From positions 12,563 through 76,562 of the forward strand of contig CANQFL010000001.1 of the NCBI GenBank assembly GCA_947598785.1: a DNA stretch of 64,000 nt. Reading direction: 5' to 3'. Below are positions 27,001 through 36,648 of this stretch, in pieces. Origin of the DNA: an uncultured Clostridia bacterium (GTDB lineage Bacteria; Bacillota; Clostridia; Christensenellales; UBA1242). Made by a program: the position numbers and the translations under genes. The notes below the pieces were generated by a model. The model was not told the DNA's origin and searched no databases. It saw nothing but the letters and a program-made list of their open reading frames with translations. Position 1 is the first letter of the stretch; each line of letters begins with the position of its first letter.

Positions 27001-30000
27001 ATTTTGACAGGAAAGGTTGTTCGTCTTGAACTTGAAAATAGTGAAGAAAATTCATTTACCTATAATTTAGCAAAATTGCTCTTAGATTTGGAAACTCTTC
27101 AAGGAAGTAAATTAACCGGAGAAAAAACTATATACTTCTGGTCTTACACTACACAAAATGACAGTGAAATTGGTGCAATCAGTGTTGCCTCTAAACCTTA
27201 CGAAGATTTCAAAATGTCATTTGGTGGAGTTTTAACTGGAAATATTGTTAAAGAGAGTTTAGATTCAAGCAAAGAATTTGAGGGTATAAATACATTTGCT
27301 TTATTTGAAAATAACGGCGAAAATGATATTGAAGCTCAACCAAATATTCTTACATTAGGTTTCAATGTTAAAATATCTTCTAAAGAAAAAGAATTGGCTG
27401 TTTTGTTTGTTTCTAAAAAAGATGCGTTAGTGAATGATTATTATGGCGATATGGATGCTAGTGGCAAAAATTATTTTGCTATCAATATAACTGAACTCTT
27501 TGAAACTTTAGACGTTTATAATGAAGACTTGTCTGGAGAAAATGAATTTAAGATTGAATTTTCTAAAATGACAAGAAGTAAAGTTGGTGAAGGCTATAGC
27601 TATTCTTATTCTGATTGGTGGACTGCTGAAAAAGACGGCAACGAATATGCTTTTTCAAGACTTCAAACCGTAAAAAATGTTAAACTATCAAAAGGTGATT
27701 TAGTTTGGAATGCTAATTCTGATAACTCAAAATCTTATAGAGTCTATTTTATAACTTCTCTTGATGGTTCAACTCCAAAAGATTATATTACTTATGAAAC
27801 AACATATAGTTTCTTCTATGCTTCACGTTATGCAGGAACAAATGGAATTTATAGACTTGCTGTTCAAGGTATAAATAAAGATGATGCCTATGTGATTTCT
27901 TCTAAACGTTCTTTTGTAATGAATAGTAAGACTAATGAGATAGCAGAAATTGTAAAAAATCAAATTTCTTCTAATCTAAAACTTACAAATGGTGTCCTTT
28001 CTGTTGATTGGGAAAAAAGTGATTTTATTACAAGAGTTTTAAGTGGAGGCGATGTTTCTGAAGGACTTGTAACTGCAGTCTATAACTCTGTCTTTACTGC
28101 TCCATTTACATTCAGAATGTCTGATATTGCTGATGAAAAATTGGTTATGAGATTTGAATTCACAAATATCGCAGGTGGTAATCCTATAACATTTGATGTA
28201 AATGCTAATCTTCTTTTAAATAACATTTTTAACATAAGCCAAGGCTCTCAAATAAAAGATAAATTAAAAGACTTTTTAAACAATCTTCCTGATAACAATA
28301 GAGTTGTCATAAGAGATACAATCACTAATTTTATAAATCAAATGGAAGGGGCTAGCTCAGGTCTCGCTTCTGCACAAACTTTATTTGACGATTATTTTGA
28401 AAGGTTGCAAGCAGGTGGCTACACTATGAGATATTGTTTGCTTGGTGGAGAAGATAGTTTAACTTCTGGTTGGTGGACTTTCTCAAACGGTCTCGGCGAA
28501 GATAATGTTTTAGATAATTTGATTTATGTCAATACTCAACCTGATGTATCAGCCAAGATTGTTGCAGAATCAGCATCTTTAAATTCATTTAAAGTTATTT
28601 TCCAAAAGAGTTTAATTTATAAATATAACGATAATGCTATAACAAATTCAAATAACTATGCTGAAAGTTATGTAGTGCGTATTGGTAAAAATAGATTTGC
28701 TTTTGAAATTGTTAAAGGTATAAGTAATTATTCAATGAGATTAATTTCTTATAAAGATAAAGAAGGAACTAATATGACTATTCCAGAAGCCAAAAACATT
28801 TCTGTTTATGAATGTGGCGCTGATGGAGGCGATGGAAATTCTCATTTGATGTTCTATTTGAATCTTAATAATGGAGATTCTGTTCTTGGACAATATGGAA
28901 ATATTATTGGTACAAACAGTTTTGAAATGCAGATTGCTGCTGTTGGTTCAAATGTTTCAATGTCTAGTAAATCAGAATATTTCACAGTAAATTTCTTGGG
29001 ATTTGATGAAAGTCTTTCTCTTGTCGATGGAACTTTTGTTTGGACTCCAACTGAACGTAGACCTACAAGCATAATCTATCAAAAATATAGAAGTCGTGAT
29101 ACTGAAGTTTCTATTACTGCTGACTTGACTACTGGAAAAGCATATTTCAGTTTAGAAGGTCTTGGAGAGGGATATTACAATTACATTCAATTTGTCGTTA
29201 AAGGAAATATTAGATTAAGTGACAATACAATCAATGTTGATAGTTCAATCTATCAAATAGATAGTGTATTTAAACTTTGGGCCCCAACGCTTTCTACTGA
29301 ATTTGGACTTTTAAAATATGATGCTTCTGCAAATGTAGATAGCAATGAACCAAAAGATATTAAGCAGGTTTATACTGATGGTGGAAATGTATATTCTTAT
29401 ATGCTGTATAATGATGTTTCAGTAAACCCTGAAAACAATAGAGATGATTATGCACATATTACCGATACTCGTGCACCAAGTCTTCGTGGAACTCCAAATA
29501 CTTATGAACTTGGAACAACAAATATGATTCAATCTGAATCTGATAGCGATATTGGAATTGAATATAAGAGTACTGAAGTTCTTGCATCTAAATTCTATAT
29601 GTATATGCTTGGTACTAACGCAACCTTCACTTATGAATATACTCCAACTGCTTCAAATTATTATTTAAGAAAAATCAAATTTGGTGGTGAAGATAACGAT
29701 AAAACTGCCGTTGCTGTTAGAAGTGATGTTGGCTCGGCAGAAAAAGAAAATAATGTTGGTTATATTGAAGGCGCTATGCTTGATATGGTTGATGCTCCAG
29801 AAATTTCTGGTGGTCTTGATATTGTTGGTGGTAATTTGGTTTGGAATCCTGTTACCAAGAGAACTGAAACAAATCAAATTCCAGATGAATCTGCTAAAAT
29901 TGTATATAAAATTACAGTAAATCAATACAAAGATACTTGGGACGGAAATACTAATTCAAATACCGATGTTTGTGAACCTCAAGTATTCTATACAACAAAA

Positions 30001-32673
30001 ACTTCTTTTGATTTTACTAAAGTAACAAAACCTGAAAATGTTGAAAATTATGATGAATTGAAATTAAGAGTTGTAGTTCAAGCACTTTCACTTTATGTTT
30101 CTCCAAGTGCTCCTTCAGGAGGAAGAAATTATTTGACATTAGTTGATAAAGAAGGATTTGCTTATGGTTCTCCTATTTACAATTCTGATAGTACAAATTC
30201 TTATGTATTCATGAGTGATGGAAGAGAACTTTTAGATATCACAAGACTTAAAGAAATTGATGAAGGCAGTTTGAGAGTTGAAAATGGATTTATTACTTGG
30301 GATTATACTGTAAATGGTGTGGTGGTTGACTCTTCAAATTTCAAAGATTATTTTGACTTTATTGTTACAGATGAAAACGATGTTGAAATAGAAGGTGATT
30401 TTGAAATTCTTGAACAAATTGGAAGTAAATTTACAATTCAATTTATTGATGAAGGCATGGAAAGTGGAAAAGTCAACATAAAAGTTTATGTAACTCAAGG
30501 CACTAACAATGTAGAAAACATAATCAAATCTTATGCTAGCGCACTCAAAGAAGTTGAAAAACTTTCTACGATTTTAGATTTTAAGATAAATTCACAAACT
30601 ACATATGAAACTCTTGATTTATCTTCATTCTTTGAAAGTTGTGATGAATATGAGAAAATTATAGTAACTCTTAAACTTTCAACTCAAGAAGAAGAAATTA
30701 AATTTGGCATGAATGATGGGCGCTTATTGTCAAAAATGTTGATTTTAACTTCAATTCCACCTGAAGATTTCATTTATCCTGAAGATTTTAATGAATATGT
30801 GACAGTTAAGATTGAAGATGGTGAAAGTATAAAATATCTAATAGTTGATGATGAAACTGAAATTATTATGACTTTTAAAGTTGAAATTGACAATGGTACA
30901 AAAATTACAAGTAATTTAAGTGAAGAATTTAAACTTGCAAGAGAAAATTGGCATAATGAATCACCAATAACTTGGGATGAAACAAAAGGTCAATTTGAAT
31001 GGGATTTTAATGCTTACCATTTTAACAAAACTGTTTCAGCTCAAGAAATTGAAAGTGGATATCTTTTAAATGCTAGAACGGCATACTATTCTGCTTCAAA
31101 TTGTGCAAATTCTTCTTTAGAAGGATATTTGGAAAAAGGGGAACGTATTTACATTAAAAATGTTGAATCTAATATCACTGAAATCTATTTTGATGTTGAA
31201 TCTGGGAAAAGCGTTCCAAATTCTGAAGTTTCAAGATATTTATACACTAGATATTATAATCAAAGCTGGATAGATGTTAAAAGTTTAGAAGGTGAAAACG
31301 TTTTAGAAGAATTTGGTGAAGAAGAAACTTTTAGTATTTTAGAAGAAAATTCAGATTTTGTTGTAATTGATTTAAATGGAAGAAATTTTAAAGTTCAAAA
31401 TGATGAAATAAAACGTCCTATTTTCATTATTGAAGCCAAATATTCAAACGGCGAAACAAGGATTTATAATATTCAAAAAGAAAAAGTTTTCAAGCCAACT
31501 GTGATTGGAAATGTAGAAGTTAATATAAGAATCAAATTAGATGAAAACAATATTCAATCTAGTGCAAGAACATATACAGGAAATTTCAATTTATTTGCAA
31601 GTGGAGAGGGTACTGAAAATAGACCATACTTAATTACAAATGCTACAGAATTTAAAAATATCGCATATAGAATGAAAAAAGATTATAATTCTTATACGTT
31701 AGGCAATGGCGAGGGAACAACTGATTCTGAAACGCAATTCTATTTTCAAATTAATGGCGATATTGATTTAACAAATGGTGGAATTGAAAAAATAGATGGT
31801 ATTTTGTTTAAAGGTCAATTTGATGGAATTATCAATGGAGATTATGAGGGTAAAAATAGTGTTATAAAATATACCTCAAATGGAATAACAACTTTGTCAG
31901 AAAATATTACTATAAATGATAATGACACAATGGTGTATATCACAAATCCACATACAAATTTGATTTTTACACAAGGAAGCTCACTTTTTGAAAAAGTTAC
32001 AGGAACTATAAAAAATCTTGATGTTAATGCAAATTATTTGCTTGATGATGAAAGTCCTGATAGTTTTCCTATGAATCATGGCATAATGGCTGGACTTGTT
32101 ATTGCAAACAAAGGTACGATTGAAAATGTAAATCTTGTAGGGTTTTCTACCAATTTGATTGGAAGAGCTCCATCAGGTTTGACAATCATGGCTTATGGTG
32201 GAATTGTAGGTGAAAATAGAGGGGCAAATGCTACTATAAAAAATTGTCAACTTAAAACAGATATGAATTTTGTAGATGCAGGTTATGAATTATCTATCTT
32301 TGTAGGGGGAATTGCTCTTATCAATTATCAAACAGTTGCAGATTGTGCAATAGCAGCAAAAGGTGTAGGTGAATATTTTTCAATTTCAATAACAGAAACA
32401 AATTCTTCTAGCAATTTGCAAGTTGCAGGAATTGTTATGTCAAATTCTAAAATTGATACAACTCCAATAATACAAAGATGTGTGAATAACGGAAATATGA
32501 TTTTAAATCCAACAAGCAGCACAGAAATAGACGGCTATATTTCTGGAATTGTTGTAAGTGGACAAGGAACTGTTGAAGGTTGTTCTTATCCTAACAATAG
32601 TGAAAGAATACAAGTTAACGGCACATATACTCAAGTAAAAACCAATGCAATAAATTCATATACTAAAATTTAA
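21091..32673 (+). CDS. giant surface lipoprotein (3,860 aa): Big_2-like domain, many Fn3/Ig-like modules, C-terminal GLUG-type module
   Basis: Lipobox 'LTSILVGC' with Cys23. Recurrent module signature 'x-W-x...Y-x-V' ('LTWNKV..YEIKG', 'FNWEVVENADKYKIEIY', 'FTWTKNDENTETYAVNVY', 'LVWNANSDNSKSYRVYF', 'LVWNPV...VYKITV'). C-terminus 'GEGTENRPYLITNATEF...FKGQFDG...YGGIVGEN...FVGGIAL' (nt ~31590-32670). Confidence 0.85.
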   Translation: MKKFNIAILSILTILLTSILVGCDFKDVKASFKETKISFSLNEPKSLDLKKYLEVSGAGIDEISFELENPDLFYLKGSVITPLDSGKSKVYATYQKNCLATMDLVVKQPLASPTNLRVEENDGKTYLTWNKVFVNDKNQVLPVNRYEIKGERVVYSKDNMEDVETSEEILEVCEDVFYELKEGLYNLQVKALGFDDFDDSNYSETGILYAGYMPELGLSSLSWVSNGTFSWTIPSDLDVEPENIRYQVRVDGDLRQMISENSINLADYFDREDVLAGEHTLSVIVFDISKDENHRYPRESQSLTIYKLEAPEVSVKEGKLNIITNSNAQGYKVCYTSNGQIEQNELDFENDGSDGEISTDFSGIEPGLYDVKVVAYSEGLFYQNYLEFGKIYKLPKVSIQGAGEKDDTHLKLSLSNDNYIAETNFNIIKTFEGYKEENIVDGFSDGRTNVEIDVELPNAGQYSLSAEVLPAVNQANVDENEGVYLIKSDVCEEVIATKLADFENRSNEQKIEHKYVEGNSVLTFSNIDSATDYEIYCDDELVVSLTNEEDTDISYTFSGHIENWKPEKSAFSFKVVAKKKIEHEDDLLSISSSATKEMTVLQMTQEEPLPRENEVFNWEVVENADKYKIEIYTLTSSEYDLPSAEGTSAKNDEVVVNSYDFSELGVGYYLVKIFAQKYDENSDFYLSANSPYQEKFYISKQLTFGEIKLGYNAEYANDRGANGYFLNIQKVENADKYILSSTFNEVKTEYNFTNSDIENGKYNLQHTFDKAGDTILSLKAINSSDNRLYTDSDEFQLTIHKFDTIKFIPNDTEHSGIIFDKNTESLFVKPVENASQIIATLTANEQVYSSESAGSNGVNILVPRDLGCMNMPLKITLVGSSEEEIERDKFFVPDDSDVIYLGSETNYTVNRVTAPTEFKYKDGKLSFTNTEKANTQFYILNFTGTTLNNQIVTISVRFESLHLKIYVTYEERGNIISEQLIETETTEDELSNKYFPTEQNQGTNVTIDYEELTKLLRTKYEGVYTPYSQMKNVSFNVFAYKEQVDANVITLASPNAIVFGKDNTKEPLTVEKMTKSVLSFESGLDSDDLFISLKWDYVQASNGNNVDTKYVILCNDVEYSQFNYDIFSQTINKTYFSEYQKEYSIKVIVKNPYYLESEVSNEIKIYMLRGIQKIGLNDGELTYQILSGDAGKYEKVVVKYNNELEENEKVTIKGEGQYTFGLKGKYDEVSDIYYISSPETTWNLKNISSIAPENTNIEVSTTEISWSPLKDVNGPVDFDNLVYELIFKDSIGGGIIYKNNVNPRQTFVNVFTTLANEIAGLREGDIEVQLAAHFENKYYSTSETIYFAEKQALLNGNEYYNYYIYLQDNVPEKVNSKKLIKQKTPTITAIEAKLSEPEKYYEVQNSGIVISFEGNYGESAVFDIRFKDDEEVNRVTLQGVLAEDGIYTYKYEEFDARALARITENKSGIIIIQALSDTAEKLPSATAEQEILRAGNLKGLSFENDEGNLEQTLKILLPDSGRVSGGIVLKIDYKSDANNETIYTLVTSRSEDVDSWNYDILYEEENFFEKKMSKGGSLAVSGFVNFFGFSKDDGNKICILPSASIPLREERFNVLKAVEEAQIDQTPSSGFTIKNAQEINSENTIYVVEYFEPQSDGSSIASSQKLSSENNYKFEIPNSWGNNAAGYPVTIYAIEDGYIPSVKLSINVSVTRLNKVEGVSVQREKNDYTFTWTKNDENTETYAVNVYNVESDRKQLLFNKEVGSETSFKLSEIVGQDYEALLAYINAGDFIQNEINLKFGLVAKSSSYKDSSEFLFDLKILKQVVTGENLLVDEYGIINFNTPEDYPDCDYLYKYEYVATEPETTLPDSEWSNLTGKIDPTVQDKRLVSFRIQIINVGKIKEKELLNYDGTPFEIVSKTFVSNAFVYSYSANSISIGASNSSSIEFLMNGVGPYTILAGLSNGLNDEQSSILTGKVVRLELENSEENSFTYNLAKLLLDLETLQGSKLTGEKTIYFWSYTTQNDSEIGAISVASKPYEDFKMSFGGVLTGNIVKESLDSSKEFEGINTFALFENNGENDIEAQPNILTLGFNVKISSKEKELAVLFVSKKDALVNDYYGDMDASGKNYFAINITELFETLDVYNEDLSGENEFKIEFSKMTRSKVGEGYSYSYSDWWTAEKDGNEYAFSRLQTVKNVKLSKGDLVWNANSDNSKSYRVYFITSLDGSTPKDYITYETTYSFFYASRYAGTNGIYRLAVQGINKDDAYVISSKRSFVMNSKTNEIAEIVKNQISSNLKLTNGVLSVDWEKSDFITRVLSGGDVSEGLVTAVYNSVFTAPFTFRMSDIADEKLVMRFEFTNIAGGNPITFDVNANLLLNNIFNISQGSQIKDKLKDFLNNLPDNNRVVIRDTITNFINQMEGASSGLASAQTLFDDYFERLQAGGYTMRYCLLGGEDSLTSGWWTFSNGLGEDNVLDNLIYVNTQPDVSAKIVAESASLNSFKVIFQKSLIYKYNDNAITNSNNYAESYVVRIGKNRFAFEIVKGISNYSMRLISYKDKEGTNMTIPEAKNISVYECGADGGDGNSHLMFYLNLNNGDSVLGQYGNIIGTNSFEMQIAAVGSNVSMSSKSEYFTVNFLGFDESLSLVDGTFVWTPTERRPTSIIYQKYRSRDTEVSITADLTTGKAYFSLEGLGEGYYNYIQFVVKGNIRLSDNTINVDSSIYQIDSVFKLWAPTLSTEFGLLKYDASANVDSNEPKDIKQVYTDGGNVYSYMLYNDVSVNPENNRDDYAHITDTRAPSLRGTPNTYELGTTNMIQSESDSDIGIEYKSTEVLASKFYMYMLGTNATFTYEYTPTASNYYLRKIKFGGEDNDKTAVAVRSDVGSAEKENNVGYIEGAMLDMVDAPEISGGLDIVGGNLVWNPVTKRTETNQIPDESAKIVYKITVNQYKDTWDGNTNSNTDVCEPQVFYTTKTSFDFTKVTKPENVENYDELKLRVVVQALSLYVSPSAPSGGRNYLTLVDKEGFAYGSPIYNSDSTNSYVFMSDGRELLDITRLKEIDEGSLRVENGFITWDYTVNGVVVDSSNFKDYFDFIVTDENDVEIEGDFEILEQIGSKFTIQFIDEGMESGKVNIKVYVTQGTNNVENIIKSYASALKEVEKLSTILDFKINSQTTYETLDLSSFFESCDEYEKIIVTLKLSTQEEEIKFGMNDGRLLSKMLILTSIPPEDFIYPEDFNEYVTVKIEDGESIKYLIVDDETEIIMTFKVEIDNGTKITSNLSEEFKLARENWHNESPITWDETKGQFEWDFNAYHFNKTVSAQEIESGYLLNARTAYYSASNCANSSLEGYLEKGERIYIKNVESNITEIYFDVESGKSVPNSEVSRYLYTRYYNQSWIDVKSLEGENVLEEFGEEETFSILEENSDFVVIDLNGRNFKVQNDEIKRPIFIIEAKYSNGETRIYNIQKEKVFKPTVIGNVEVNIRIKLDENNIQSSARTYTGNFNLFASGEGTENRPYLITNATEFKNIAYRMKKDYNSYTLGNGEGTTDSETQFYFQINGDIDLTNGGIEKIDGILFKGQFDGIINGDYEGKNSVIKYTSNGITTLSENITINDNDTMVYITNPHTNLIFTQGSSLFEKVTGTIKNLDVNANYLLDDESPDSFPMNHGIMAGLVIANKGTIENVNLVGFSTNLIGRAPSGLTIMAYGGIVGENRGANATIKNCQLKTDMNFVDAGYELSIFVGGIALINYQTVADCAIAAKGVGEYFSISITETNSSSNLQVAGIVMSNSKIDTTPIIQRCVNNGNMILNPTSSTEIDGYISGIVVSGQGTVEGCSYPNNSERIQVNGTYTQVKTNAINSYTKI

Positions 32674-32711
32674 TTAGAATATATAATTAAAAAAATGAGT
32701 ATAAATAGATT

Positions 32712-33569
32712 GTGAAAAAATCTCTTTGTACTCTTTTTTTAGTTTTAATTTGTATCATTTCTCTTTCGGGTTGCAGTGTTACTCAAATAAATCCTCAAAT
32801 TTTTGAAACTAATGCAATAAGAATTTTAAGACAAACAGATAATGACAATAAAATTACTTTGTCTTATGTTTTTCCTATGAATAGCAATGAAATTAAGAAC
32901 ATCGGTTTTTCAGAAACAGATGTATTGACCTACAAATTTTATCTTTCAACCTATGTAAACACTTTAGCATCTAATAATAGAAAAAAGGCTGTTGAAGGCG
33001 TTTATGTTTCAAATTGTGTTTATTATTCAGATATAGATGGAGTTGGTTTTTCAATAGTCTTTGATGATTTAGATGCTCAAAAAGAATTTTTTGGTGTTGA
33101 AGAAGACAAAAATGATAATATTCAACAAAATTTTTCAGGATTTTTTATAAAAAAATTAGAATTTTCAACAAAATTTCCTATTTCGAGTGCAGAAAATGCT
33201 GAACAAGTTAAACTTGTTTGTTCTATGGCTACTGTTTCTTGGTGTGTTCAAAATAATATTTCACAAGAAAAAAGAAACGCTTTAGAAAAGATTTTAAATG
33301 AAACTATTTTTATTTATGATACTACAACTCCATCAAACTCACTAAAGTCTGAAAATATGTATGAAGCTAACGGACTTTATCATAATGTTTTTATTAAAAA
33401 TATAAACGATTTAAAAGAAAATAATGAAATTAAATTTTATATTTCATATCCTAATGTTGCTGTGTGGTATTTGTGCGCTTTAATTGTAGTTATACTAGGA
33501 ATGATTGTTGCATACATTTTACTTTCTAACAAAAAATTTTTTCAAAAGCTTAGAAAAATAAAAAAATAA
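32712..33569 (+). CDS. lipoprotein with an additional C-terminal TM anchor (285 aa), GTG start
   Basis: 'LICIISLSGCSV' lipobox. C-terminal 'VAVWYLCALIVVILGMIVAYILLS' followed by a basic tail. No terminator between it and the giant gene. Confidence 0.6.
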   Translation: MKKSLCTLFLVLICIISLSGCSVTQINPQIFETNAIRILRQTDNDNKITLSYVFPMNSNEIKNIGFSETDVLTYKFYLSTYVNTLASNNRKKAVEGVYVSNCVYYSDIDGVGFSIVFDDLDAQKEFFGVEEDKNDNIQQNFSGFFIKKLEFSTKFPISSAENAEQVKLVCSMATVSWCVQNNISQEKRNALEKILNETIFIYDTTTPSNSLKSENMYEANGLYHNVFIKNINDLKENNEIKFYISYPNVAVWYLCALIVVILGMIVAYILLSNKKFFQKLRKIKK

Positions 33570-33590
33570 TAAAAAAGAGTTTCTCTCCTC

Positions 33591-33619
33591 TTGTGTTTTT
33601 TGTAAAAAAGTGTTATACT
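33591..33619 (+). promoter_or_regulatory. candidate typA promoter
   Basis: TTGTGT (33591-33596), 17-nt spacer, TGtTATACT (TATACT at 33614-33619). Confidence 0.4.
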
Positions 33620-33650
33620 AACAAAGTTATTCAAAAAAGGAAAAATAGAT

Positions 33651-35483
33651 ATGATAAACGAAAACATAAGAAATGTAGCTATTATTGCTCACGTTGACCA
33701 TGGTAAAACTTCTCTTGTAAATGAACTTCTTAAGCAAGGGAATGTTTTTAGAGAAAATCAAGTTGTCGAAGATAGAGTTATGGATAGTAATGCCCTTGAA
33801 CGTGAAAGAGGTATTACTATTTTGTCAAAAAATACATCTTGCTTTTATAATGGTGTAAAAATCAATGTTGTTGATACACCAGGACACGCAGACTTTGGTG
33901 GTGAAGTTGAAAGAGTTTTAAAAATGGTTGATGGCGTGCTTTTAGTTGTTGATGCCTTTGAAGGACCTATGCCTCAAACAAGATTTGTACTTGAAAAAGC
34001 TCTCGCTTTAAAACTTAAAGTAGTGGTGGTTGTAAATAAAATTGACCGTCCTGATGCAAGAATAAAAGAAGTAATTGATGAAGTGCTAGAACTTTTCTTA
34101 GAACTTGATGCTGACGATGAACAACTCAATAGTCCTTTTGTTTTTGCGTCAGCAAGAAATGGGACTTCTTCTCTTGATGCCGATAAAGTAGGAACTGATA
34201 TGAAGCCTCTTTTTGAAACAATCATCAAGCATATTCCAGCACCTCAAGGTGAACCTACTGCACCACTTAAAATGCTTGTGTCATCTGCAGAACATAATGA
34301 TTATGTTGGAAAATTAGCTGTAGGTAAAGTTGAAAGTGGAGAAATTAAAGTTGGACAAAATGTTGTTGTTTGCAATTTCCATGACTCTAATAAAAAAGTA
34401 AAATCCAAAATTGTTAGTTTGTTTGTCTATGAAGGGTTAAAAAGAGTTCCTGTCGAGAAAGCTGAATTTGGAGAAATAGTTTGTGTTGCTGGACTTGAAG
34501 ATGTAACTATTGGCGATACAATTTGCGATGAAAATAAAATTGAACCTATCGAATTTGTAAAAATTGCAGAGCCAAGTGTTGAAATGACCTTTATGGTAAA
34601 TGACAGCCCTTTTGCAGGGAAAGAGGGAAAATTTGTTACTTCTCGACATTTGCGTGATAGATTATATAAAGAAGCAGTGAAAGACCTCTCTCTTCGTGTC
34701 GAAGATGGAGATACTGCAGAAAAATTTAAAGTACGTGGAAGAGGGGAAATGCATCTTTCTATTCTTATAGAAAATATGAGAAGAGATGGATATGAATTCC
34801 AAGTAAGTCAACCTAAAGTTTTAATAAAAGAAATTAATGGTGTCAAATGTGAACCTATTGACAAATTATTCCTAGATGTTCCTGAAGATTGTGTTGGTGC
34901 AGTCATGAATAAAATGGGAGTAAGAAAAGGTGATTTGCAAAGTATGACTCCACATGGAAATCGTATGAGAATGGAATTTTTAATTCCTTCTAGAGGACTT
35001 TTTGGATTTAAATCTGATTTCTTAACTGACACTCGTGGAGAAGGTATTATCAATTCACTATATTATGATTATCAACCATATAAAGGTGAAATAAATAGAA
35101 GAGAATATGGTGCTTTAATTGCTCATGAAAACGGAAAAGCTATTGTTTATGGACTTTATAATGCTCAAGAAAGGGGAGAACTTTTTATAGGCCCTGGTGT
35201 TGATGTTTATGGTGGAATGGTTGTTGGTACAAATCCAAAAGGTGGAGATATTGTCGTTAACGTTTGTAAGACAAAACATCTTTCAAATTGCCGTGCATCT
35301 GGTTCTGATGATGCTTTAAGATTGACTCCACCTCGTTTGATGAGTTTGGAAGATTGTATTGAATTTTTGGGTGATGATGAATATCTAGAAGTTACACCTA
35401 AATCTATTAGAATTAGAAAAATCATTCTTGACCACAACATGAGATTACGTGAAAAAGGAAAAATACTAAGAGGTGAAATTTGA
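33651..35483 (+). CDS. typA: translational GTPase TypA/BipA
   Basis: '[15 protein letters not shown]', '[14 protein letters not shown]', 'NKIDRPDAR'. 610 aa with the BipA-type C-terminal domain. Confidence 0.95.
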   Translation: MINENIRNVAIIAHVDHGKTSLVNELLKQGNVFRENQVVEDRVMDSNALERERGITILSKNTSCFYNGVKINVVDTPGHADFGGEVERVLKMVDGVLLVVDAFEGPMPQTRFVLEKALALKLKVVVVVNKIDRPDARIKEVIDEVLELFLELDADDEQLNSPFVFASARNGTSSLDADKVGTDMKPLFETIIKHIPAPQGEPTAPLKMLVSSAEHNDYVGKLAVGKVESGEIKVGQNVVVCNFHDSNKKVKSKIVSLFVYEGLKRVPVEKAEFGEIVCVAGLEDVTIGDTICDENKIEPIEFVKIAEPSVEMTFMVNDSPFAGKEGKFVTSRHLRDRLYKEAVKDLSLRVEDGDTAEKFKVRGRGEMHLSILIENMRRDGYEFQVSQPKVLIKEINGVKCEPIDKLFLDVPEDCVGAVMNKMGVRKGDLQSMTPHGNRMRMEFLIPSRGLFGFKSDFLTDTRGEGIINSLYYDYQPYKGEINRREYGALIAHENGKAIVYGLYNAQERGELFIGPGVDVYGGMVVGTNPKGGDIVVNVCKTKHLSNCRASGSDDALRLTPPRLMSLEDCIEFLGDDEYLEVTPKSIRIRKIILDHNMRLREKGKILRGEI

Positions 35484-35496
35484 TTTCACCTTTTTT
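35472..35496 (+). terminator. Rho-independent terminator of typA
   Basis: GGTGAAAT (35472-35479), TTG loop, ATTTCACC (35483-35490), T6. It contains the TGA stop. Confidence 0.75.
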
Positions 35497-35499
35497 AAA

Positions 35500-35528
35500 T
35501 TGACAATTTTCGACATTTTTGATAAACT
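35500..35528 (+). promoter_or_regulatory. consensus promoter placing +1 on the A of ATG 35535 (leaderless)
   Basis: TTGACA (35500-35505), 17-nt spacer, TGaTAAACT (TAAACT at 35523-35528), 6 nt, then ATG. No SD. Confidence 0.6.
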
Positions 35529-35534
35529 TATAGC

Positions 35535-36581
35535 ATGAAAGAATGGAATTTAAAATATAAGCATTTTGACATACCTCTAATCAAAGGCAATGATTATGAA
35601 ATAGGATTTGCCTTGGGAGAACTTTTTAAAAAAGCTTATAAAAAATTAAATAAATTAAAGAACAAACTAAATGAACCTAAAGTTAAAGAGTATTTAGCTT
35701 GGATTTTACCTTATCTTCGCAATAATTATAAGTCTGTCTATGAGGAAATTTGTGGAAGAGCCGATGGGGCAAATATAGATGTAAAATTACTCACACTTGA
35801 CTTATGTTTTGAAGAACTTTTACAAGATACTAACCAAGAACAATGCACGTCAATTATGGTAAAAACAAATCGAAATTCAATTTTAGCTCATAATGAAGAT
35901 GGTGAATATAATCAAGATAACATTAGATTTGTTAAGATACAAAAAAGAGGTGGAAATACTTTTTATACCCTTGTTGATTCATTTTCTTTATGTACAGCCA
36001 ATATTTTTATTGGGAAAAATTTTGTTTTTTCAATGAATTACATTTATTTGAAAGATGTAGTTTTAAATAATTTACCTAGATATATGTTTTTAAAACTTTT
36101 ATCAAATTGCAAAACTTGCGAAGAATTATTCACACTAGTTAAAACAATTCCAATATCAACTGCTTGTGGAATAAATGTTTGTGATGTCAAAAATCAAAAG
36201 TTTTATTATATTGAAAAAGTTTATGATAAATATGATATAAAAGAAATTAATGGTGTAAATATTCATACAAATCATATTTTAGCTAAAAAATTTTTGAAAA
36301 TTAGGCCAGAAAGGGTTAATAGAACTAGTACTTCTTTGTCAAGACTTTATATCGCTAATAATCTTTGTAACAAAAGAGATGACCTTGATGTTGCAGAAGT
36401 ATATAAAATTTTGACCTATTATGGTGTGTGTGATTTTAATTCTGTTATGTCTAAAGGCAATACAGGAAATAAAAATTTGACTTTCGGTACTTATATTCTT
36501 GATGTTAAAAACGAAGTTTCTTCTTTACATATCCACAATAAACAAAATACTACATTTGAACTTGATTTGCCAGTTTTTTAA
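35535..36581 (+). CDS. peptidase C45-family (acyl-CoA:6-APA acyltransferase-like) autoproteolytic hydrolase
   Basis: 'NQEQCTSIMV' (candidate nucleophile Cys) and 'ILAHNEDGE' match the C45-family pattern. Assigned by motif only. Confidence 0.5.
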   Translation: MKEWNLKYKHFDIPLIKGNDYEIGFALGELFKKAYKKLNKLKNKLNEPKVKEYLAWILPYLRNNYKSVYEEICGRADGANIDVKLLTLDLCFEELLQDTNQEQCTSIMVKTNRNSILAHNEDGEYNQDNIRFVKIQKRGGNTFYTLVDSFSLCTANIFIGKNFVFSMNYIYLKDVVLNNLPRYMFLKLLSNCKTCEELFTLVKTIPISTACGINVCDVKNQKFYYIEKVYDKYDIKEINGVNIHTNHILAKKFLKIRPERVNRTSTSLSRLYIANNLCNKRDDLDVAEVYKILTYYGVCDFNSVMSKGNTGNKNLTFGTYILDVKNEVSSLHIHNKQNTTFELDLPVF

Positions 36582-36613
36582 ACAAATATTGAATAAATAT
36601 TTTTTGCTTTAAA

Positions 36614-36642
36614 TTGACAAATCTTTTTTTTGTTGTTATACT
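36614..36642 (+). promoter_or_regulatory. consensus promoter placing +1 on the A of ATG 36649 (leaderless)
   Basis: TTGACA (36614-36619), 17-nt spacer, TGtTATACT (TATACT at 36637-36642), 6 nt, then ATG. No SD. Confidence 0.6.
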
Positions 36643-36648
36643 TATGCT

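Noticed and set aside
21656-32522. Small ORFs on both strands inside the 3,860-aa gene (e.g. 25186-25557 on the minus strand, 29681-29920 on the plus strand), and the analogous ones inside 43297-62004
   Set aside because: They are nested in long uninterrupted ORFs with coherent domain structure, and short shadow ORFs are expected by chance in AT-rich sequence.
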